64,000 bases of DNA from positions 19,872-83,871 of the forward strand of contig CAYWPC010000008.1 in NCBI GenBank assembly GCA_964460075.1, given 5' to 3'. A program made the translations under genes and the position numbers. This document shows, one piece after another, positions 57,973 to 64,000 of the stretch (position 1 is its first letter; each line of letters begins with the position of its first letter). This DNA comes from an uncultured Acidimicrobiaceae bacterium (GTDB lineage Bacteria > Actinomycetota > Acidimicrobiia > Spongiisociales > UBA5794). A model generated the notes under the pieces. That model ran no database searches. It was given only the letters and a program-made list of their open reading frames with translations, and was not told the origin of the DNA.

Positions 57973-60864
57973 TCAGTTGTCTGCCGTTATCTGCTTTCGC
58001 AGGTTCGCTATCGAATCCGAGCTGGTTCCCGGCTTGATGCCGATCCTCGGCAGTTTTGCCGACTTTCTCGCATAGCGACTCTCCACCGGGTCCGTCCCGG
58101 TGCGGTCGGTATCCTTCGTCCTCTTCGACACCGCCACAGCGGGTGAGTAGTCGAACACCGGCTTCGATGTCGCATCTGAGGTCGGCTCGACACGTGCTGT
58201 CTCGGTGTCGTCACCGCCGGACTCGCGAACGACTCTGGCCTCCTCGAGCGCCATCATCGCCTCCGTACGAATCGCTTCGAGCGAGTCTGGCTCCGACAGC
58301 GATTCGGTGCTCACAGAAACCCCGCCATCCGAAGAGTCGTCCCCAGCATCGACCTGCTCGTCATCGGTCACGATCGCCTCGGCGAGGAGGAGATCAACTT
58401 CCTCCCTGGCCTGCGTCACCATCTCATCTGCCCGTCGTTTGGCTTCCGCAACGGCGGCATCGGCCTCGGCGAGCCTACTGGTGATCTCCTCTTCGTGACG
58501 CGTCTCGCGTTCGGTCGCGTCGTTGGACGCTTGAATCTTTGCCAGCTTGACCACAACCTCGTGCTCGCGCTTCGCGAGCTCTTCAGCAGCGGACAGCACC
58601 TGTGCTGCTTGCTCGGCCGCGAACTGTTCGCGTTCTTCGACAAGTTTCTCGCGCTCAGCCTGCACCGCAACTGCTTCACCCTCGGCCTTGGCACGAAGAC
58701 CGGCCGCTTCCTGCTGAGCCCTCTCAACGAGCTCGAATGCTTTGTGCTCAGCATCGCTCAACTCCTCGGCTTGCGCCTTTGCTGCGTCGAGGATGGCCCT
58801 GGCCTGATCCTGGATCGACGAGGATTCGATGCGGATGAGCTCTGCCTCGTCACGTGCAGATTGGAGGACGAGATCTGCCTGTTCCTCCGTCGCACGTGCG
58901 GCAGTGACTCTCAGCTCAGTCTCTTCGATATCAGCAGCCACACGCTCCCGTATCTCTGAGGCTTCGCGTTCTGCAGCGTCGAGTATCTCTCTCGCCTTGG
59001 ATTCCGTCTCGTTCGCAGCCTCGATCTGTTCGCGGGCTGCTGCGGCCTGTTCGCGCATCCGTGCGGCGTCTGCCTGAGCAGAGTCCCGAATCGCTGCGGT
59101 TTCGCTCCGAATACTCTCAAGCTCGGCTTTGGCTTCACTCCGCTGCTCCTCGAGTTCCGCCTCGAGTGATGCACGTCGCTGGATCGTCTCGGCATCCAAG
59201 TCGGCTAACGCCTTTGCGATCTCAGCATCTACTCGAGATCGTGCCATGTCAGCGCTGTCTGCCTGCTCAAGTGCCTGTTCGCGCATTGCAACGGCGGCAC
59301 CGGCGAGCTCGTCAGCCGAACGCAACCGCTCTTCGGATAATTCGAGAGCCTCTGTGGCTTCGAGACGGATTTGCTCTACCTCTTCGACAGTCTCGGCAAC
59401 GACGGCCTTCCTGGCGGCCTCGGCTCGTGCCATTCCCCTCATCTCCGCTTCGACCTTCTCTTGAAGTTCCACCATCGAGCGTTGCGCTGCTGCTTCAGCG
59501 TCATTGAGAATAGCGGCTGCTGTATCCGCGAAATCTCTGGCCTTCTCCTCGGCGAGAGCAACCGTGGCGCGTGCGGCGGCTTCGGCTTCATCACGGACTT
59601 CCTGCGCATCTCTCAGTACGAGATCTGCTGTGTGTTTGGCCTCGCGCTTGATGGCAGCAGCCGTATCATGGGCGTCGACGAGCTCTTTTTCAGCGCTCAA
59701 TCTCTTGGCACTCGCCTCGTCCCTGAACTCCTGTGCTTCCCTCCGCAACGCTTCAGCCCCATCACGTGCAGTTTTGAGCGTCTCAGCAGCGAGTTGCTCG
59801 GCCTCGACCGTCATGGCCTTGAGGTTCTCGATTTCTGCTTCCTTGAGCATGATCTCTGTTGTGCGAGCTTGGGCCGCTTCCTCAGCTTCATCCAGGAGCC
59901 TCAGTGCTTCGGATTTCATGGCCTCGGCGTTCCGACGACTGGCCTCCACAACTTGCTGAGCCTCTGCGGTCAGACGATCGGCGTCCAGCCTGGCCTGTAC
60001 TCTGTCTTTCTCGATGGTTGCCTGCGCCTCAGCAATGATGGCCTCGGTTCGCTGCATTGCGCGGTCGTCAGCCTGCTCAATCGACCTGGCTGAGGCCTCT
60101 TCTGCTAGAACCAGCATCTCTTGAACGCGCTCTTCGGCCTCACGGACAACCAAAGCAGCCTCGCGGCGAGCAGCTTCGACATCGAGCCTGGCCGACGCCA
60201 TATCCGCCTCAGCGCCTTCCCTGATCGCATCGGCGGCAGCTTCGGCGTCGGCGATGATTCCTGCCGAGCGTTCCTCTACCTGGCGCATCGTCCCGACCGG
60301 ATCAATCGCAACACCTTCGTCGCTGTCGACGATCTGTGTCTCCGCGATGAGGGCCTCGATTTCGCTGCGAACGCGGTCACGCTCTTGGGTCAGGTCGCTC
60401 AGGCGAAGCTCGGCCTGCTCAATCGTGCTACGAATCGCCGCTGCTCCACGTTGGGCCTGCTCAAGAATTGCTGCTGCTTCGCGTTTCGCGTCGTCAATGT
60501 CGGCTGGGAGGTCATCAATGGACACACCAACACCTGCAAGAACTTCATCCGCTCTGAGCCGCGCGTCGGCTTCAATCTCTGCGGCCTGCCGTCTCGCACG
60601 CTCAAGAATGCGCTCTTTTGCGTCGAGAACCGCCACGATGGCGCCATCCACAGACTGTCCGTCGCGGTCCGTGACCTGTTGAGCGTCGATCTCAGCCTGT
60701 TGGAGACGTAGCTTCGCGGCGGCTGCCCACTCCTCCACGTCGCGGAAGTTGGATTCGAGTTCGGCTAGGAAGGCACGTACTTCGCGCTTGTCGTATCCCT
60801 TGAGCGACGTCGAGAATTCACGTTCTTCGATTGAACCTGGGAGGTCAGGGTTGTTGGTCGTCAC
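57973..60864 (-). CDS. DivIVA-domain giant coiled-coil protein (Scy-like)
   Basis: N-terminal IEEREFSTSLKGYDKREVRAFL DivIVA motif, then ~800 aa of Ala/Glu/Arg coiled coil; GTG start inferred. Confidence 0.82.
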   Translation of the reverse strand: MTTNNPDLPGSIEEREFSTSLKGYDKREVRAFLAELESNFRDVEEWAAAAKLRLQQAEIDAQQVTDRDGQSVDGAIVAVLDAKERILERARRQAAEIEADARLRADEVLAGVGVSIDDLPADIDDAKREAAAILEQAQRGAAAIRSTIEQAELRLSDLTQERDRVRSEIEALIAETQIVDSDEGVAIDPVGTMRQVEERSAGIIADAEAAADAIREGAEADMASARLDVEAARREAALVVREAEERVQEMLVLAEEASARSIEQADDRAMQRTEAIIAEAQATIEKDRVQARLDADRLTAEAQQVVEASRRNAEAMKSEALRLLDEAEEAAQARTTEIMLKEAEIENLKAMTVEAEQLAAETLKTARDGAEALRREAQEFRDEASAKRLSAEKELVDAHDTAAAIKREAKHTADLVLRDAQEVRDEAEAAARATVALAEEKARDFADTAAAILNDAEAAAQRSMVELQEKVEAEMRGMARAEAARKAVVAETVEEVEQIRLEATEALELSEERLRSADELAGAAVAMREQALEQADSADMARSRVDAEIAKALADLDAETIQRRASLEAELEEQRSEAKAELESIRSETAAIRDSAQADAARMREQAAAAREQIEAANETESKAREILDAAEREASEIRERVAADIEETELRVTAARATEEQADLVLQSARDEAELIRIESSSIQDQARAILDAAKAQAEELSDAEHKAFELVERAQQEAAGLRAKAEGEAVAVQAEREKLVEEREQFAAEQAAQVLSAAEELAKREHEVVVKLAKIQASNDATERETRHEEEITSRLAEADAAVAEAKRRADEMVTQAREEVDLLLAEAIVTDDEQVDAGDDSSDGGVSVSTESLSEPDSLEAIRTEAMMALEEARVVRESGGDDTETARVEPTSDATSKPVFDYSPAVAVSKRTKDTDRTGTDPVESRYARKSAKLPRIGIKPGTSSDSIANLRKQITADN

Positions 60865-61062
60865 ACGTCGTCCATTTCTCTTCTGACCTATGGCTTCGGC
60901 GTGTGTCGTGCCTTGCTTTACCGGTTCTGTACACGGTATGCAGCCGTACAAGGACACGGTCCACACCCCAGCGGGTTGAGATCTGTCCCGCTATCCCCGA
61001 TCAAGTACAGAGCACATATGTCGAACTGCTCACGTCGCTACGTTATCTGATTTCGCCATCGG

Positions 61063-62589
61063 TCAAAGAGCCTCGACAATGGACCGGTTGAGCCCGGGGA
61101 ACGTGGCTATGTACTCTCTGCGTTCGACCTTCAGCCTTGTAACGAGCTCGCCGTATTCGGCTGTGCGACCCTGCGACTCGTACATCTTTCGGGGGCGAAG
61201 AAGCTCGGGATCGTCGAACCCCGGTAGGTCTGCTGCGACGAAGTATCCGAAGTCTGGATCCTCCTCCCACGTGATCGATCCCTCGACGATGCCCTTGACG
61301 ACAGCGCTCGAATGCCTGATCTTCACCTTCTTGGATCGCTCATCGCCTTCAGGGCCACCCACACGTCCCGTGTTCATCACATACAGCTCAAGATCGGGCA
61401 TGGTCTCGAGTAGCTCAAGGAACCGGTTCCCCATCAAGGCGTCGTTGTCGAAGAAGAACGGATTCGTCCCAGGCACTCGCAGACTTTTTCCCATCTCGGA
61501 CGCCCCACCGGCGCTGGTTCCGATCGTCTCGCCCAACATGAAATACGCCGCAGCTTGCTCACGCTTGAGCTTTACGACCGCAGGGATGATCGTCTCATTC
61601 CTGTTCAGCATGAGAACGTAGTTCGCGCTCGGCAAATTGTTCGGGTCGCGATGTCGAATGTTTGCCAGTGGAAACGTCGAACGGCCATTCCTGGTATCGG
61701 AATCGTTGAAAAAGTCAACCTTTCCGCTCTCGGACACCCACGTGTTCTCAAGCCATGCATCCGATCTTGTCGTACCGCCGTAGATGGTCGGCTCGTCGTC
61801 AGGGTCGAGCCCGAACGTTTTGGCGAAGCATCCGTTCTCTGAGGCGTACACCTTTCCGCCTGGAAACAGTGCGTTGAAGTCGTCTTGTACCGGCAGCGAT
61901 CCGAGCTGCCTACGGAACGTCGTCGTCGTCTTGCCTGTGCCTGACAGTCCGAGGATGAGAGCGACCTTCTCTTCCCCTTCGATATCGGGAAACGTCTTGA
62001 GACCGGAATGCAGCGCAAGCCCGCCCTTGTGGTACACGAGGTGGTTCCACATCCGAAGGCCCCCCATCTTCGACTCACCGAAGTAATCCGACCCAAGCAC
62101 TCGTGTCACGTAGTTGTCGTGGTCCACGAGGATGAGTCGATCGCTCGGCTTTCCTGGAGCACGAAGGCCAGGCGTGTATATGACGGTGAACTCTGGCTCC
62201 CATGCGTCGTCCTTCGGAAAGTACAGTTGCTGCTGCATTGCAGAGATGTTGGCCTGGGAACGCTCGATGTACATTCTGCATCCGGTTCGAAATGCGGGGT
62301 CCGGGCCGATGTACCCCTCGATGAGAATCATGTCGGCCCCAGCGATGTGCGCATCCTGGAGGCCTGCCCACTCGTCGTACTCAGCGCGGGGCATCCGGTT
62401 CTTGAAGTTCTCCTCTTCGGTGACGAAGAAGGTCGACGGTGCCAGCCTGGCCTTCACCTCTGCCTTGTAGTTGATGTTGTCGAACTCGGTGATCGTAATG
62501 TTCGACAGATACGCCTCAACCCATTCGCGCATCTGCGCCTGGGTAGGATTCACTGCAACCGACTTTGCTTGGGGGAGCTCGAATCCCAT
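61063..62589 (-). CDS. pckA: Phosphoenolpyruvate carboxykinase (ATP)
   Basis: YFGESK, LHSG, GLSGTGKTT, QDD, ENGCFAKT, NGR, NPFF, NTG. Confidence 0.88.
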   Translation of the reverse strand: MGFELPQAKSVAVNPTQAQMREWVEAYLSNITITEFDNINYKAEVKARLAPSTFFVTEEENFKNRMPRAEYDEWAGLQDAHIAGADMILIEGYIGPDPAFRTGCRMYIERSQANISAMQQQLYFPKDDAWEPEFTVIYTPGLRAPGKPSDRLILVDHDNYVTRVLGSDYFGESKMGGLRMWNHLVYHKGGLALHSGLKTFPDIEGEEKVALILGLSGTGKTTTTFRRQLGSLPVQDDFNALFPGGKVYASENGCFAKTFGLDPDDEPTIYGGTTRSDAWLENTWVSESGKVDFFNDSDTRNGRSTFPLANIRHRDPNNLPSANYVLMLNRNETIIPAVVKLKREQAAAYFMLGETIGTSAGGASEMGKSLRVPGTNPFFFDNDALMGNRFLELLETMPDLELYVMNTGRVGGPEGDERSKKVKIRHSSAVVKGIVEGSITWEEDPDFGYFVAADLPGFDDPELLRPRKMYESQGRTAEYGELVTRLKVERREYIATFPGLNRSIVEAL

Positions 62590-62666
62590 GGGTTCTCCTC
62601 GACTGGGTGGATGCAAGACTAATCGAGCGACTGCAAGCTGATCCCGCGATCGGATCTACGCGACCG

Positions 62667-64000
62667 TCACGATGCGGCCATGGCGCTGTTGAGCCAGGCA
62701 GCGAGCGAATTGCCAACAGCGGCCGCCTCGGCTGCGAGCGCATCCTCTGCCCCGATCCAGTCCCCGGTATCTGGGAACGGACCCGACAGGTCGACATAGA
62801 TTTTGAGCTTCGGTTCGGTACCAGATGGCCGAGCGAGGACTCGGCCGGATGCACCGAGGTCGAGTTCGATGAGGTTGGTCTCACCGAGATACGCTGGGCG
62901 GTCCTTCGCACCAGACGCGAAGTCACGTGTCCCTACCACGGTCATGCCCGCAATCTCGCCTGGTGGAGCCTCACGGAGTGCCTCCATGCCAGCAGCGATC
63001 TCCTCGGACCCTTGAGGGCCTTCTCGCCTGATGCTCACCTGCGTCGAGGTCCACACCCCATATGTGCGGTACAGATCGCCGAGCTTATCTATCACGACTG
63101 CACCGTCGCCTTGAGCGGCGGCGGTGAGCATGGCAAAGGCCACCGCGGCTGAGATGCCATCCTTGTCGCGCACCGTCGTCCCAATCGAATATCCGAGTGC
63201 TTCTTCGTACCCGAGGATCAAGTCACCTTCCCCGGCTTCGGCGAGGTCGAGCGCCGCGTTGCAGATCCACTTGAACCCTGTGAGGGTCTGGGCCCACGTT
63301 GCACCGTGACGAGCGGCGATTGCTCCAAGGAGTGGGGAAGACACGACCGAATTGATTGTCGTTCCTCGGTTCGTGTGCGCAAGGAGGAACTCAGCTAGGA
63401 GAGCGCCGATCTGGTTGCCGCTAAGTGGACGCCACACACCGCCGGGGTCAGGTGCCGACACCGCGAGACGATCCGTGTCCGGATCGTTTGCGAGCACGAT
63501 GTCGGCGTCGATCGCCGCTGCGAGTTCATGGGCAAGGTCGAGAGCGCCTGGCTCCTCAGGGTTGGGGAACGGGACCGTCGGGAAGGTGCCATCCGGCTCG
63601 TACTGCCTTGCAACAGGATGGACGTTGGTGAACCCGAATCTTCGCAAGGCTTCCGTGACGAACCTGCCACCGACGCCGTGCATGGCGGTGTAGACGATGC
63701 GAATATTTCGGTCTCCCGACACAGGAGGTAGGGAGCTGGCTACCTCCCGCAGATAGTCATCGAACACGTCGGCTTCGATGGGCCTCACCTCAGGAAGGTT
63801 GTAAGGGTCGGCGGCTCGCACAACCCCGTTTGCCGGCCCCACAGCCGATATAGCGTCCGCGATCTCGATATCGGCTGGTGAGATGATCTGTGCACCGTTG
63901 GGTGCATACACCTTGTATCCGTTGTCGCGAGGCGGGTTGTGCGACGCAGTTATCACGATGGAGGCGCACACACCAAGAGTAAGACCGGCGTATGCAACGA
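62667..64000 (-). CDS. Phosphohexomutase (PGM/PMM), 5'-truncated by the window edge
   Basis: TASHNP, DPDTDR, GYEE, RPSGTEPKLK. Confidence 0.92.
   Translation of the reverse strand, partial: VAYAGLTLGVCASIVITASHNPPRDNGYKVYAPNGAQIISPADIEIADAISAVGPANGVVRAADPYNLPEVRPIEADVFDDYLREVASSLPPVSGDRNIRIVYTAMHGVGGRFVTEALRRFGFTNVHPVARQYEPDGTFPTVPFPNPEEPGALDLAHELAAAIDADIVLANDPDTDRLAVSAPDPGGVWRPLSGNQIGALLAEFLLAHTNRGTTINSVVSSPLLGAIAARHGATWAQTLTGFKWICNAALDLAEAGEGDLILGYEEALGYSIGTTVRDKDGISAAVAFAMLTAAAQGDGAVVIDKLGDLYRTYGVWTSTQVSIRREGPQGSEEIAAGMEALREAPPGEIAGMTVVGTRDFASGAKDRPAYLGETNLIELDLGASGRVLARPSGTEPKLKIYVDLSGPFPDTGDWIGAEDALAAEAAAVGNSLAAWLNSAMAAS

Overview
A gene-dense, high-GC chromosomal window from an actinobacterium, most likely Acidimicrobiia (inferred from gene families: FadE5-like acyl-CoA dehydrogenase, LigC and Prim-PolC, GlnR/Zur/Rex-type boxes, SigB-like and ECF sigma factors, DivIVA domain). 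About 57 CDS, mostly housekeeping: amino-acid metabolism (pheA, proC, proline dehydrogenase, gcvP under a tandem glycine riboswitch, amtB), fatty-acid degradation (fadE, fadIJ, FadF-like), transporters, DNA repair, pckA and tRNA-Lys. I saw no phage, integrase, transposase or CRISPR array. The most notable observations are: (1) a 44-bp perfect GTAG...CTAC palindrome family with compensatory changes; two ~77-bp direct copies bracket an ECF sigma plus membrane-partner cassette and a third sits in a decayed ligC; (2) a glutamate racemase-macrodomain fusion; (3) a TTGAG-N6-CTC operator shared between the tetR/fadE divergon and fadIJ; (4) joint decay of Prim-PolC and LigC around a duplicated MFS pair; (5) proC translationally coupled to proline dehydrogenase; (6) an orphan ParA with a Zn-ribbon partner, a ~960-aa DivIVA/Scy-like coiled-coil protein, a twin-CC small protein and a membrane protein preceded by a Rex box. 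All calls come from reading motifs by eye; no database searches were run.
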